Below, piece after piece: positions 1 through 14,900 of a stretch of 64,000 nt of DNA. The notes below the pieces were generated by a model, which worked only from the letters and a program-made list of their open reading frames with translations, had not been told where the DNA came from and made no database searches. The translations under genes and the position numbers were made by a program. Each line of letters opens with the position of its first letter. Position 1 is the first letter of the stretch. Source of the DNA: Phoronis australis (Eukaryota; Animalia; Phoronida); contig NMRA01000104.1 in the NCBI GenBank assembly GCA_002633005.1, forward strand, positions 494,841 through 558,840, given 5' to 3'.

Positions 1-400
1 TCATTTGGTGTTCAGTGCGGTACTATTGTTCGTTTAAAATCAGTTTTGGCCGGTACCTCGAAAATCTAGTCTAGCTCAAATTTTTGATGGCATACCATGG
101 TTGAGATTTTTGGGGGTTTCTGCCGGGCACAACCCAGAGTGTAATTTGTCTGTCATGGGGGTTTTAGTGATCTGTGACATGTATTGAATCACATGGAATT
201 GGTTTTGTGTGGTACCTCGAATGTATGTGCTAGCTCATTTTTGGGGGGTCCTTTTTTGGCTTCTGCCGGACCCATTCCAGAGTGCAATTTGTCTGTCATA
301 GGTCATTCGGTGTTCCGTGCGGTATTATTGTTCGTTTTAAATCAGTTTTGGTTGGTACCTCGAATATCTAGTCTAGCTCATTTTTTGGGGTCTTTGTAAG
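1..400. repeat. Degenerate tandem repeat, ~150-bp subunits in a ~300-bp dimer; truncated by the window start
   Basis: GGTACCTCGAA..CTAGCTCA recurs at ~52, ~211 and ~353. CCAGAGTGYAATTTGTCTGTCAT occurs at ~135 and ~278. 1-85 closely matches 303-390. Confidence 0.75.
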
Positions 401-3400
401 GCCCCCAGGGGTCACACCCAGAGAGCAGACAACGGCAGACGTCCATTTCTGTACATACTGAGGTGGACTTTAAATGCTCCCGTGGTCAGATGTTGGTACC
501 TCGTTCATCTGCTAAGTGCTCTGGGCTGCCGGTCTAGTACTGGAGTGTCCATCGAGCGGATCTACACATCCTGTTACTGATAATTAATATTTATTAAGAG
601 CACACCGGCAGTAACTGCATCTCTACTGAATCATTCACGGTTAAACAGAAAATCACTTTAGTAATTAAGAATTTAACAGAACACATCGTTATACATACAC
701 GTGCTGACACGTATGTGATTCCGGAAGGGGGCGCTCCACTATTTTGACTGTGGTGTGGGACTGGTTTGTTTGGATACTTGCCATTTCAGAATATCAACAA
801 AATAGAAAACCATCTTTTGATAGAGAAATCAGAATAAAACGAATCCATTTATTGGAAAATGTATGAAAAGGCATGCTTCCACATATGTGTATTCTGAGAC
901 CTAACATGTGGTAGGTTTTAACCTCTGGGGATTGTTTAGTAATTTACGATTCAGTAAAACGCTTTTGGAACTACACCAAACCTAATGAAGTAGGCCCTTC
1001 AATAGACTTCAGTTATATGAAGGGATACTTGGAAAGATATCCTTCCATGAATTTCACAAACAAAACATCATTATGAGCTTACGAAAGGATTGCCCTTCTG
1101 GGAATAGTTTCTTGCAGGCAAGATTTTTCATATGCCAATATCCACGGACGTGGTGGTCGTCAATGTTTCATGGTATTTATGCCTAATGGCAAGAAACATA
1201 GAAATACATTATCAATTGAGCCTATTTTATCTGTTTCCTGTTACACAATATCTACGTGTGTTAATGTTGCCCAAAGGATAAAATCTCTTAAATAAATTAA
1301 TGAAACTGGACTTCTCCCTTGTCGATTTTACGGAGAGAATACAAGGATCACTGATTGATGATGTCTTATAATGTGTTCCGAGAACTACTGCACAATCTGT
1401 CGCCATCCTCAAATTATTTGTGTGAATCTTCGGCCGGGCGCAAACTGTCAAAATTTTTCTTCACAACAATTTGTGTTTTTGATCACAAATAGACGAACTT
1501 GCTTAGTAAGGCTACAAACTGTACCTGCACTAACTTAATACCGTCCTCAGTTTTGTAACACCCCCCACCCACCCACCTGCCCCTCACCCACCCACCCCCC
1601 ACCCCAAGTTATATCAAATATCTCTAATGGTTGTATAGTTCTAGGGTTATATGTATCTTCATTATTATCATCAATATACACATCTGTATTGGAAATTATT
1701 AACTTCACTGAAATGTCTATATGAAAAACACATTAAATACGTTTCTTCGGAATCGAAATTCAATTTACCCATTTGTTTATGGGACCTTACATCAAGAATT
1801 TCACTTCACTATGTCAGTAACATTTCACTGATTATTTCACTAAATGAAATAGCTTTTTAGTGCCCACAACGATTTAGACTACAACTGTTGTGTGTGAAAG
1901 TCTTAGTGTCATCTACATGTACACGCTGCTCACATTACGAGTCACAACAACTTCATAACTTAGCAACCACTTAGAACTACCCAAGATCAGGAAGCCATTA
2001 CGGGATTGTGTATTGTGGACCCTCAGATCTCCCTTACAATACGTATACGACAAAAGCGACGATGAACCTTGAAAATTTTAGAAAACTATTTGCAAAAATG
2101 GTGAGCTCCTTGTGCCCTTAGTGTGAGAAAAGGTCCACCAACATCAGAGTAGCGGAAGCTGTTTTTTTTTTTCAAGAAAGCGAAGAAAATGGCCCCTCAA
2201 ACAGTGTCTTCTATTTTCTGGTATACTTCTCTCATACAACACGCGAAAATAAATTAATAAATCACGCCAATGATTCACCGAGTCTCCGCAATCTAAAATC
2301 AACGCAACCAATATATAATGGCGATTTAAAGACAATTTTGAGCATGTTATAGAATTTCTTGTTTTATTTTGCAATGAAAAATGGTAATACTTCTGTGCTT
2401 TTGTAACATAGACAATTGAAAACATCCGGAGGTTGGAAAAGGAGAACCAAGATGGTTGATGAAATGGCGGCGTCAGTTCACAAGACTCTGTGTGCAAGTA
2501 CTCAGTAAAATTTATAAATTAATGAACTTTTACTAGACATAATTTTTTCATGTACAATGAGAGTGCATGGAATTGCTTCTTGGTGCAAATTGGTTGAGTA
2601 TTTGTATAACATCTACGGAGTTTTAATACCATGTCAGAGGTAATTACCTATCAGTCGGATTATTCTCAGGGGAAAGCCTTGTGGTAATTATACATTTCAC
2701 TCACAAATTATTTTATTGCATTTCGTATACGCATTCGAGGCTTCAAAAATAACATTGTTAGAAAACAAAGTTCGTTCTCAGCGCTGAACGTTTGGCCACT
2801 AGTACTTAATTGATCACCCGTGACCCTGAATCACGTGAGCAGGAAGTGGCTTTGATCTTTGTTCTTGACGGACCTATGAGGCTAGGCTTGAAGTATTTCT
2901 TACCGAAATGTGTTTTCTTGGGTGTAGTGAGTACTAATCCTGCTAGCCGTCAGGAAACTCTTGAGGCTCCGTGGTTCTCATGGTGATTGAAAAAAGCGTC
3001 GATAAGCCGTGAGGGTTAGCTTTTCAGTGGTTGAAACAGCACCGAATGTCCTAATTGCTCCTCAGAATGTTTAACACCACGAGAATATTTCGACACAGCT
3101 AGATCAGAAGTTGTAGTTACACACGATAGTTCTGCAAATGACTCCATGGTCACAGGCGTAGATGGGGTGATTTAGAAGCTGTCCTGAAACTTTCTCATTG
3201 GTGACGTTGTTGGAAAGATGTCAGTTCGTCGGTGTGTTTAGCAAGAGCCTAATATGAAAACATACAAGCTCATAAATCAGAGTTGTACATAGAATTTCGA
3301 ATGAGCAGTCTCTGGCTACATAACACGTACATGCTTCGACCTTTATAAAATCCTCAAGATCGCCAGTTTGGGAACTTCATCTAAATGTCGCCTTACTTTG

Positions 3401-3567
3401 TTGGGGATATGCCCCAGAGTAGGCCTATTGACTTGCAGCACTGATGGAAGAGCTCCGTCAAATATAGGGAGAGTATCCTTTTGGGCCAGTCTATTTAACT
3501 TTATTCAAATTCTCCGATAATTTTGAAGTAAAATCAACAACATCCACAGAAGTCGTGTTACTGTTTT

Positions 3568-3645
3568 CAGTGGCGCAGGATATCAGGAGGGGGCCCACTT
3601 TTTCATTTTCGATATCTGCCCCAGGAGGCCCTAAATCCACCACTG
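3568..3645. mobile_element. Very short non-autonomous TIR element (hAT-like MITE)
   Basis: Ends CAGTGGCG...CACCACTG are imperfect inverted repeats. Flanks GTTTT/ATTTT are a near-match 5-bp TSD. Similar ends occur at 25138-25285. Confidence 0.55.
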
Positions 3646-5759
3646 ATTTTCTGCCTCGCCGAATCCACATTATTTCAGCCTCGTCTGAAGACTCCCAAGC
3701 TCATTTCTCAAGTCGTTCGATAAACTCGCCCTCGAGCATTCGATGAGTTTATGTCAATAGTACTTTTGAAGAACTGACTATGTGTGTTTAGATTTAATTA
3801 TTCGAAGAATGATAACACTAAACTTTATAATAATTCTTTTGAGCTATGGTTTGTGATAGTATTTCATTTGAAAAACATATTCCAAAAATTCGACCAACTG
3901 GTTCTCGGATTATATAACCTAGACGTTTACGATTCCTTTGTTGGCAGTCATTACGTCATTAGAAAAGGTTAGAGAGTCTGGTTTTGACTTGTCGTCTGAT
4001 CTTGTGATTGAACAGTCAGTTAGAGCACTATATCGACAGGAGGGTTTCGATTAGATGTCACTCAATGGCTGCTTTCCTTGTGAGAATGCGTAAATTTACA
4101 TAGCATCACGTAGGCGGAAAACTTGACGTAACAAAACAAGTGAACAACTCGAGGAATTTGGCCCAGGCAAGATAGTTGCGCTGGATGACAAGGATGTCGT
4201 CAGACTTGTTGAATTCTCTAATTATTGTAGCTCATTTGAGCTTCAGAATTGCAAAACATAGCCCACAGATGTTATTGTTAATGTCAAAAATGCCAGAGAT
4301 GTTGGAATGGGAAGTCGTTTCGTTTATTTCTATGCCGGGGTGTCGACTTCAACTCAGTGTCAAAGGTTTGGAGCATGCTTGAAAATTCTATGCACAGTTT
4401 GCAAAATTGGCAAGCATAAGTAACGCTTTGAGCAACATAAATGAACGGGTGTAGGGAAAGTTCCCCGCCACGAAGCACGAACCAAATGGGTGCACTGTCT
4501 TGCACAACTAGACAGTGTTTTGGTATATTGTTTTTAGCTCTCAGCAGAGGTGCTAGTTGTGCTTGACAATTTGTGTTTCCATGTCCCTGACTTCGGCTAT
4601 ATTTACATTACATGGCGTATGCTTGCCGACCTTATGTATAATGGCCCACCGGAAATGTCCACTTTGTTAAATTTCAGCGTCCGAGCGACTCCTATTGTTT
4701 GGTTCTGGTAAAGGAGCGTGTATCGATTACCTGACGGGAATACAACATATAAAAACCGAGCTGTCGAAACTCCCGGATGACAACAGTCGCAAAGATTTAC
4801 TGCGTACGTACTTGACAATAACATGAGTTTTAGTGCTATGGTTTTGGTAGTTAGATTATACTTACGGTGAGCCCATTCCATTTGAACGTTGGATTTCAAC
4901 TGAATGTAACAAGAAGATCAAATACCCGCCTTCTTATATCTTATTTGTAAACCTCCCAACATCATTAATTTGGGTGATTTAGAAAATTTGTAATTTAAAC
5001 ATTTGAAATTAATTTAATAGGAAGCAAGCCAATACAAATCGTGAAGAAATATTGTCACAATTTGAGCACATTAATTTGTGACGGTTAATACACGCATCAA
5101 TCAAGATGAGCTATGTCAGCATTTGTGCTATGGCGAATGAGAAATCAATACCACCATGACACGGATAACCATTACAGTTACAAAAACGGCAGTTATTATA
5201 ATGAAATTATAATCTCAATTTTGCGTCCTGTCCATCACCTACGTGGCACCAACAAGGTAGAAATCAATAGGTTAGGGAACATGGTGGTTTACTGTGCGAG
5301 CACCGCGTAGAGTTATTAACTAGTTATTGGATCAGACTGAGCGGACTGCATCCAATATACCGGGTAACAGACAAAACATGACATAGTCGCGGTCATGATT
5401 TGAAGTTTAGGGTTGAATTTTCTCTAACACGTTTTGCCAAGTAGATGATATTAGAACTAATTCATGATACAATTTCACCGCCTCAATTTCGGAATCCCTA
5501 ATAAATATTAAATGTAAGACAGAATATTACCATTTAGTGGTCGACAATGTGATGCGGTTGATCGCGTCAGATGTAGCTGAAAAATGGAAACGTGCAAAAC
5601 GTTCACAAGATGAATGCCGCCGAGAAGATTCAAAAAAGCTTTCCAGCTTGGCTAAACTTTCTTGTTTATGTAATGTCTAAGTTTAGAGCTTCTGCAGCAT
5701 GGTCATATATACAGGAGAGTTGTCTCCAGTTCATTTTAACACGCTCTTGTGCATTGCAG

Positions 5760-8700
5760 GTATGGTGAACACGGCTGCGTCCTGCTTCATTATGTCTCTC
5801 ATTGTCCTTGTTGGTGCCCTGACTACGGGTTCAATTGGACTCATCATGAAACAGGTCCTCTCCTGCATGGTCACAGCGGTGTTCTTCTTCATAGCAGGTA
5901 CTTACTAGTGATATCTTGTTCTCTTTAATCTCGATAGTCATGAAAGTATATATTAATAACATTAGCCTTCGACCTTGATAGGAGCGACCCTTCATCAGAT
6001 ATGGAAAAAAAGGCTAACCTGCATGCACAGGGCACGGACGGGAGAAAATGAAAAAGGAAGAGGAAATAGAGGTCGTGTGACCCATAATATTAACACCGCC
6101 GTTCTCTTGGGTGTTGAAAAACAAAATCATTGAGATTTCTTTAGATCTCCTGGTGTGTATTTTATCAATATTCTCCATCAACACACACGCCATGTCAGTA
6201 TTATCGCTGCTGTGGTCGTGTGACATGACACCGGAAGCGAGGAATCGTGAAGCCAACGGTCTCCTCCATTTGAGACGCGTATAGAGCGGACAGCTGCCGG
6301 TCTCGCCTATATGTACCAGGCGTGAATCAGGACAGAGACTTTATCGAACGATGTATGTAATGCGAGATAACTTGCGCACAACTTTACCTCTAACTATGAG
6401 TTCTTCACCAGTAGGGTTTTGAATTTTGACTTCATTTTACAGTGCTGGCAAGTGAGGCATCACTTATCTTTCACAATTTTTTTAATTTTCCGTGATGGCC
6501 AAACGTTTCCATTCTGTGTTAATATCTGATCCCAAACTTGCCACTGTTTTCCCTGGGCCTACTATGTTTGACAATTAAGCAATCACGTAATATAGGCAGT
6601 AGATTATGTAACAGAAAGATTGCCACCAATGATTCATCGTTAGTGGTACGTTCCTATGTAGTAAACCTAGATGATCACTGCACGGAGTATATCTAGTGAC
6701 CACGCCCAGATCCTACCTAAAGAAGAAAATTGATACTCCAAAAAAGTTAAAGGAGACATTAAAAAAAACAAAATGGCTACCATGAATCATGACGCAACAG
6801 CTAGCATACACTCTCTGAGTAATTGAATTACTTCACCTATCTAGACCAAAACTATACAAAATCTTTTATGCTCGACACCTGGACTAGAAAAAAATCATGC
6901 GCTGCAAGCTCGTGGCGTTTCCAAAGATAGAAAGAAGACGAAGGGTGACGTAAATAGGTGATTTATTATGACCAGAATAGTTGCACAATACACTAGTAGT
7001 AAAATAGCATTATCTCTGGAAAGATGGGCAATAAAAACCGCCACAAGAGATGTTTAAACTACTCATTCCCATCCCCATTTTTCTATGGAAACTAATGAAG
7101 TTTCGATAAGTTTTTTCTTTTGGTTGGTATCACGTTCTAGAATTTAAGTAATAGAAAGGGATATTTTGATGTAAAGTCGGTACCATTTACATGGTGCGAT
7201 TGGCTCAATGGTGAAACTCATGCATGTGTAGTAATGTGTGTTGTCGCATATCTGTACAATATATGATGAAAAAGGGTTACCATTGCCTGACTTGAAAATA
7301 GAAAGCCTGACTGATGCTTAAGTGCCTTGAAACCACAAGAAATCTAGATAACAGGACTTCCAAAGAAAGGTCTTATTCTGTGATCTAAACCTTTTGTTAT
7401 TGTTTTCGTTCACCTTTATGTTAAGTGGTTTTACTTCTCCAAGTTTGATGCAATGCTTATTAGTGCTTTCTGGGATGAATTTCATTCATTGTAAATTATA
7501 TTTTCCTAATAATAAACATTTGTTAAAATGCTTGTGAAAATGTTTATAAAGAAACTGCATACCTTTGTTGCTAAGGGTGAGATTCAGCAAATATTTGTTC
7601 AAAGTTAATACAGATTCTTAAGCGTACCCATGAAAGTCCATTTGATGATTAAAGAAACGCAAAATATGTATGAAAAGGAAGCGCCAGTAGTCAGCAGAAC
7701 GTTTACAGGGACTATTCGGCACAATGTTAGCAAATACTGATTCCAGGGTTAATATTGAACCAGAATTCACTGAGTCTCTTGCCAGAATTAAATTTTCGCG
7801 TCTTTTGTAGCGGGCTAAGGTCTTCCTGTTAGTTGGGCCCAAGGAACGAGTCCCACAACTTAACCTTGTGAGGGTGAAATAGCCGGAACGCCAATCAGTT
7901 CCACTCTTCTACCTCAATTTTCCAAGGAAACTTCAAAATCAATTGCTCATTTAACCCGCATTTGTTTGAAACTCATGACGAGTAAATTATGTCGTGTTCG
8001 CGTGAAGTGTGGTGTGCCAATGTTTGTTAGTAGTCGCTTTTTCGGGTTACAATATTGAAACATGACCGGTGTAGAAGGAGAGACAGTACAGGAGGCTGTG
8101 TCCCATCTACGTGTTCGGAACGACCGAACAAACCGACATCATAAAAATTTCATTTGTCCTACAAAAAATTATTTTATTTATTTTCAAATTTGTCAATTTT
8201 TATTGATTTTTTGTTCTTTCCAAAAGCATTATAACTCAGAATTTCATACTAAAAATGTGGATTCGTTTTTGGTAATCCTGTATTGGGAAGCTAACATACG
8301 GGTCACTTATTCAGTGCCATGTCCGGATGCTCAGTTTACACACTAGTGAACATGCAGTCGGACATCGTGGTCAGGGTACCGAAATCACCCTGCACAATTG
8401 GTTAATTCGCGAGTGCTAAATAATGATTGCTACTTCGTGATTCTTTATGTTTAAGCAAAAATCTCCATAAAAAGCCTGGTAGTCACCCGGGGTTAATCGT
8501 AAGTTTATGCCTCGAGCACTAAGAAATAAAACTCTGGCCTAAATACATGTACCTGTAAAATTTCGCTTACTGTTATGTGTTCTTCAGCAGTCCCCGTGTA
8601 AAATCACAGTGTGTACATAAACCTGTACGTGATGTTACCACTTCTCGTTCACTATCATCTAATTTCACTTTACAGCATTTTATACGACCATGGGCGTGGC

Positions 8701-8899
8701 AATTATGCACCACAGGATTACATTTGAAAACTCATGCGTGTCGATAACACAAACTATCCCACCGGAAGTATGTGAAGCTCGCCAGGTGACATCCTCGTGG
8801 TCCCTCGTCATGGGCTGGTTGACAATAGTGTTGTGTTTCATATCGTTCGCACTTTGGACGTATTTGTCGAGGCTCATGAGAATTGAGAAGATGCAATAG
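5760..8899 (+). CDS. Claudin/PMP22/EMP-superfamily tetraspan membrane protein (TMEM178/TMEM114-like), last two coding exons: 5760-5897 and 8676-8899; earlier exons not found in the window
   Basis: ttgcag|GT ATG GTG...ATA GCA G|gtactt joins phase-1 to ttacag|CA TTT TAT. Product MVNTAASCFIMSLIVLVGALTTGSIGLIMKQVLSCMVTAVFFFIAAFYTTMGVAIMH...SSWSLVMGWLTIVLCFISFALW...* has three TM helices and the claudin-superfamily TM4 lead-in (WS..MGW). Confidence 0.75.
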
Positions 8900-11106
8900 G
8901 ATTTTTGACTTGCGAAATTTTCGCTTCTGTCAAGCATCAACTGAGTTGAAGGTCAAAATACAAAATAAACAAAAGAGTGTAGGTCTAAATTTTCTACTGA
9001 AAACTGGAATTGCGTCTTATGGATTATTTTCGCTAATGCCTGTAGTGAAAGCAAGCTGCCGGGATATCCCTATAATGGAGAAGTTGGTGAACGTAAGTGT
9101 CCTCACATAATGGGACCTTTTGCTTTAGTGTAAATGAGGTGTAACGCAGGTGCATTACACAATGAAGATAAAACTCAACAAGTGTTACATTTGTCCACCA
9201 TCCCAGATGAACTACAGTGCAGTCAACATATACAGTTTCAACGAGTCTATAGGAATCCATTGGCAGCAAGAAAACAGGCAGTAGGGTGTTGACAACTGGC
9301 AGTAATAGGCCACGCAGCAGGCCTCGGAATGTTGCACGTGTCAAGTTCGGCTTCTCAGACACAGCCTATTCACAGAGCCGTGTACTCTGGCGGCACGTTC
9401 ACTGTCTGCCCAGCTACTGTGGACTCGTGAATTCATGTGACAAAGCTGTTATCCTACGTATAAGAGAAGTTCAGATGCTGCATGAGACTCGGTCATCTGC
9501 TTGTGTCTGACGTCATTGCAACACTGATTGAACCTGCAAAATAATCAATGGAGAACTGCATTACCTGAAGTTCGATCGGATGTCTGGGCAACATGATGAG
9601 CATGATTACGAACTGTTATGAAAATAGTCTGTGCCACCTATAGACTAGTACCGGGATTTTCCGTAGATAAGCAGACCCGATGAAACGCCCATGGGCGTTA
9701 TGCCGAATACACGCAATTCACTACTTGCAGAAATTCCCCATTGAGAGGTGTTGTATCCAATCTACAAACGCATGGTTCTGCATGTGTGGAAGACGAGCGT
9801 AAAAACTGATGTCAAAACGAGGCAACAATAATTTTTGCAGCGCCACCAAGTGTGCAAGTTTACAATTTTAATTGTTTGTGGTTTCCTTATTTGTTGTTTT
9901 GATATGTGCCTAGTGTGAAACTGTGCGAAGACTACGAACTGAGAAGTTGTTCGAGTCTTTTTAATAGTTATCACATAGACGTAGGAAGTGGGTTTGGGGT
10001 AAGGGTGGTTGTCCAGCCCATTCATGGAAGTAGGGGGCAGCGCTCCCCCTGCTAAGTTAGAGTCAATAAAAATTCGGAGTAACTGAAGGTGGGAAACGTC
10101 ATGCTTGGGGGGCGAATATGTGGCGACTGAGTTGTAGTTGTCGCTCGCACTTGTGAAAAAACCTTCCCACGCCTTTGTAATACAAAGAATCAAGATTCTG
10201 GGGACTGTTTTATGAAACGTATCCCTAGGCCATGGATAAAATTTTAAATAAAGTTTAGTTAACATCAAAGTTCGTTGTTTAAACTGAGATATTTCGCGCC
10301 GTACTCACGCTAACTACACTACCATCAAAACAAGGAAACCCTGATTGGGAAAATTACGAGTATCCCGTGTGCTCAGTGACGACCAATTTCCCCCTGAACC
10401 CTAATATGGCGGCCAGGCTCGTCTCTTATCTAAGGGAAAAACAGAAGATCAAACACGCTGCCCGTGGAAGCAACATGGACTGGCCATTCCGATTTGCGTC
10501 GAATAGTTCTGACTCCCTGTAACGTGTTTTCGGATGTTTGCACAATTGTGAACCAAAGGTAATCGTATTTGGGAAAAATGTTCTTCATTTGGAAGATACC
10601 ACAAACAAATTTCTAGCCAAACTGACGGCTAATTCGCCGATCACAAGATTTTGTTCTCTTGAGGACTGAAATCAGCGCGATATTATGCTTTTCGGCAGTT
10701 GAATGAATCCTACAGGCGGGTTCAATAATCCATTACGCACTAAGTCATCCGTTAATCCGATACTCTCATGAAAGTGTAATTTTGGTAGACTGAACTTTTT
10801 GCCGAGTGGTTTTATACGAGACTCCAAGGGGTAAACTGTAATAGAACACTGCTCGTCATTATACAACGTCATACAACGGTGAAGTTTCCCTGCCACAGAT
10901 CTTCTTTGTTATCCCCCACTCCTATTCCATGTTGCCGATACAATGTAAAACGACGAAGAAGGTTGGAGCTCCACGGCTATATCAGTAAACCCGCCTACGC
11001 CAAAAACTGACTTTTGATTTAGACTGCTTACCGCAATAGAATTGGTTTGAAACTGATTCTTACTTTGAGTAGAAGTGGTTTGGGGCTTGGGATGAACTGA
11101 CTGGTC

Positions 11107-11107
<1 letters not shown>

Positions 11108-11168
<61 letters not shown>

Positions 11169-11190
11169 CATTTTCGTTATTATTATTATT
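11108..11190. repeat. (TAT)n microsatellite
   Basis: Near-perfect TAT run seen directly; it explains the poly-Ile ORF 11028..11237. Confidence 0.97.
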
Positions 11191-11941
11191 TTTACTCGGC
11201 TGAGACCAGAAGCTATTTGCTTGACCCGGCTAGTCACCGGCGCCGAGCAGGATCGTAAGCTGACTCGTGTTCTTTGAGCCTAGAAATCAATTCTGACTTG
11301 AGTAAGAATCATTCAAAAGCAGTTTTAATAAGGTAACTTTCCAAATTAAAAACTATTTGAGGGGAATGTGGGTATTGTAGCAACCCTTAAAGAACGTTTG
11401 TGTCAGTTCCCGTGAGTGTATTTAATGTACATCATGACGGTGTTCCAAAATGTACTCACACTTCAAATTTCCATAGCGCCAGATAAACTAGACAATGAGT
11501 TGTAAATTTAACAAGTTTAATTCAGTCGCAGCCGACAATACAACGAGGCGGAACCGGAAGGGCTCCCACCAAACACAGTGGTACGAATAACAATGCAATG
11601 GCGTAGCTGCATTGTTCATTGACCTACTAGGAACTAGATTACCTGTTTAAATTTAAAAACTTAACTTGGGATGGAGTTTAATTGTCTGCACTCCCTTGAG
11701 CTTTTACAGTTTTCAGCAGCGTTACGCGATAAATTTTCGTTCACCACTGATGACTGAATCGTTTGTTTGCCATTCTCGCACATGCATACAAAGCACGCGC
11801 CTACTTTCACTCCAACATGTATCCATACAGTAGGCCTGGACGCAGGTCTGATCCACTGGAACTGAATTCGAACTTTCGGCGTTGCACTAAGTGTGTATTT
11901 GTGTTGTTAAATGTTACATGGTTATTCTCGATCAAGTATGG

Positions 11942-14900
11942 TCAACTTATGAGTGACTTCTCTAAAATCCCAAAACGGGCTGAGATCGATCCTAGAAAGA
12001 AAACTTCAAGAAACCTACCAAGTCCATCACCTGGTCCAACTGCGTTTGGAGAGCCATATTGAACTGATGAATAGTTGCACCATAATGTCGATATGACGCC
12101 CTCTCGTAGAGGTTTACTGAACCATAAATAGATGACGGGATTCAGGGCTTTAGGTAAGTAGACCAAGTATCCGGTGACAATCGTCAAATTACGCGGATTT
12201 ACTACCTGGAAATAAAGATTCTAGAATTGGTGAGCATTGTGATCGCGGGCAAGAGGTCTGATTAATGTGAAACGTCATGGTTTTCGTGTATAACGTCGTA
12301 AAGAATTATAAAATGGCGATGAAACAACTTGATCCTAAAATGGGGTCATTGCATTTTGTCTCGATGACCAACAATGCGTGTGGGTAGGGGATGTACGTTA
12401 GTAACAATCCATTTAAATGTTTTTTTTTTTGAAAATATGACTACACTAGTGGGATGCGTTACGAACAATCACCTCTAGACCAAAGCCCTGGTTCCATTAC
12501 CGCCTTCAACTGGAGCGCAATGGCTGACATTGTTCGTAGCCTATCACAACAGTCAAATGTTCATGAAAACACCTTTAAGGCACGCTGTTTACATCTTTCA
12601 CGAGCCACATGTACCGGGACTTTATCGACAAGTGCATTTAGCAAACCATCTACAATTTTATTTCGCCATGTAGAAAGTCATCTTTTCTAAACTGAGCGTT
12701 GAAAGCTTGTGGGATTCGATTTTCAACTTAATACTAATCTGGGTTATGTAAACGTGTATTTTCGTTAAAATTTGCCGAAAAGAAAGATACATTTATTGCA
12801 ATCAATGACGTGACCTCTGAAAGACCCAGTTGTTGATAGCCAGTCATTCCTAAGTGGAACACTTTAAAAATAATTCCAAATAGCGCTTTAGAATAGTCCA
12901 GTGCTGCGAGTTTCACGTGCCATACAACCATATTTCGTACTGTAATATCAAAAGATGGCCGTAAGAAGATTCCAAAGCACGCTCATTGTGAACGCAAGAA
13001 CTCAGCGCCATTACACGACCGAAAAGCGCACGATTTTCTCAAGAATATTTTTCAAATTGATCGGTGGACGTACGGACTTCGTAGAAAGTTTGAAATGATC
13101 TAGTACCCTCCAAGAATGTCTGCGAACTTCGGAATTCGTAGGAGCTGGGATATCGCGAAAAAACTTTGTCATACGATAAGATGTCAGTTGTAAGAAGTTT
13201 TGTGGTTGTAGTTGAAAGTATATTTATGATGTTCTGAAGTTGAACATTTTGGTACGGCCATAATTGTGCAGTTTCTCATTATCGCACTTTAGTTCTATTC
13301 TCGTAAACACCGATTCTATTCTTCGAAAATCCGCTCTTTTCTCACTGTCAATTGAAATGCATTGTTAGGACAAAAAATGATTTTCTGTTCTCGAAGAAGT
13401 AACGCCGTCGATCGGAATTCTTTTTTTCTGAAAAGAACTGCAGTTCACGTGGAACGATGCGAGTTATGTCTTGAAGCCTCCCTTGGTACGGTGTCAGTGG
13501 GGGGCCGATTGTCCAGCCTTATATGATCAACGTTCACTCGGTATTATTTACATATTTACAGTAGTAATTTGGCAAACAACTTGTGATGACGTCAAAAACT
13601 AGTTTAAGCTACTTGAGTCATAAAAGCAGTATCCATCTTACATAATTACTGTCAGATGGCAATGGGGCAATCGTTTGCATCTCATGTTCCAGTCTTTATC
13701 GTCGACTTTGTTGGATTGTCACTTCAGTGTCTTTATACGGCAACGTCAACGTCTCTCCCAGCTCGTCATTACGTCCACTTTGACATGCTGACTCTCGTCA
13801 GAGTTAATAACATCTTCACAGTCGCCACGGTTAAATTAACTGCGTTACCCTTCTCTCTTCAATCTTGCTGCACGCAGAGAGCTGTCTTATCCCTCCGCTG
13901 CCCTCAAAACTCCAAAAACTTGTACAACTGTCGCTGCACTCAGTTACGTTTTGATTGCATTTCGACAATTTGTGTTTCGAAGGTCTGCATGAACTATCTC
14001 CATTTGAGGTTTACTACAATCCGATCAATCCTCAAAATGAAACTGATTACGACAGTATGCGCAGTTGCTGCACTTTGTGGTCTTGCAAAGCGGCAGGACT
14101 TCAGTTAGTTTTCCTGTTTCCTACGCAGTGTGATTGTTTGTTGTATTTCGACGTTCAGACACGCTCTCTGATACAACAAGCTATCTGGCTATAGAATACA
14201 GCTGCGCTCCAAAGCAGCATTTCGCCAAAAAATCGAATAAAGAATTTCACTCTCATAGACTTCGGTATCATAGTACTCCTTACCGTGGTACAATTCTGTT
14301 CCGTTATCAAAAAGAACTTCAAAACAATCAGTGATTCAAGAGGACGATTCAAAGTTTATAGCTGGGGATTGCTAACTCCACTGAATTGCGAATTCCAAAA
14401 TGGCGCTTGTACGCATTGCCTGCGACTTGAGTTGGTAACGGATATAGAATTTTATAACATATGATGACACTTGTTTATCGAAGGCAAAAGGCATTATTTT
14501 CGCTTTTTCCCCAGCTAAACAAAGCCTAATGGCGTTTTAAGATCAAATTCTCACGCATGAGCCAGGTTCTTAAACGAGTACCTTTCTGGAGTTGAATTGT
14601 GCTTGATCAGAGCGTAGTTTGCTCTCAAAAACCAAAATGGCGTAAGACTTTCTACAAGTGGTGCAAGGCAACTTTTGAAGAATGTTGCAGGTTCATAATA
14701 TGTACCGCAAAACTATGCGTACGCGTTGGATATAAGAACTAAAAGTACGCGTTGAATAAGAACTAAAAGCACGGGTTGTTTAAGCAATCCAGCTCATTGA
14801 TTAAACAAAACTACGCATTAATTAAGCACATTTCAGCGCGCAGAAAGGTACGGATTTAAGAGCCCTTGGCGCTTCATACAATGATATATGCTCAGGCATC

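Noticed and set aside
2144-3760. Exon-like segments on the - strand
   Set aside because: Stops in the frames tested and no recognisable domain.
5960-6005. Hammerhead-like CTGATGA...GAAG on the - strand
   Set aside because: Stem II does not pair and the GAAA core is altered; at most a decayed Penelope remnant.
11028-11237. Poly-Ile ORF
   Set aside because: Translation of the (TAT)n microsatellite.
13656-14352. Overlapping 65-150 aa ORFs
   Set aside because: No motif or splice support; possibly decayed repeat sequence.
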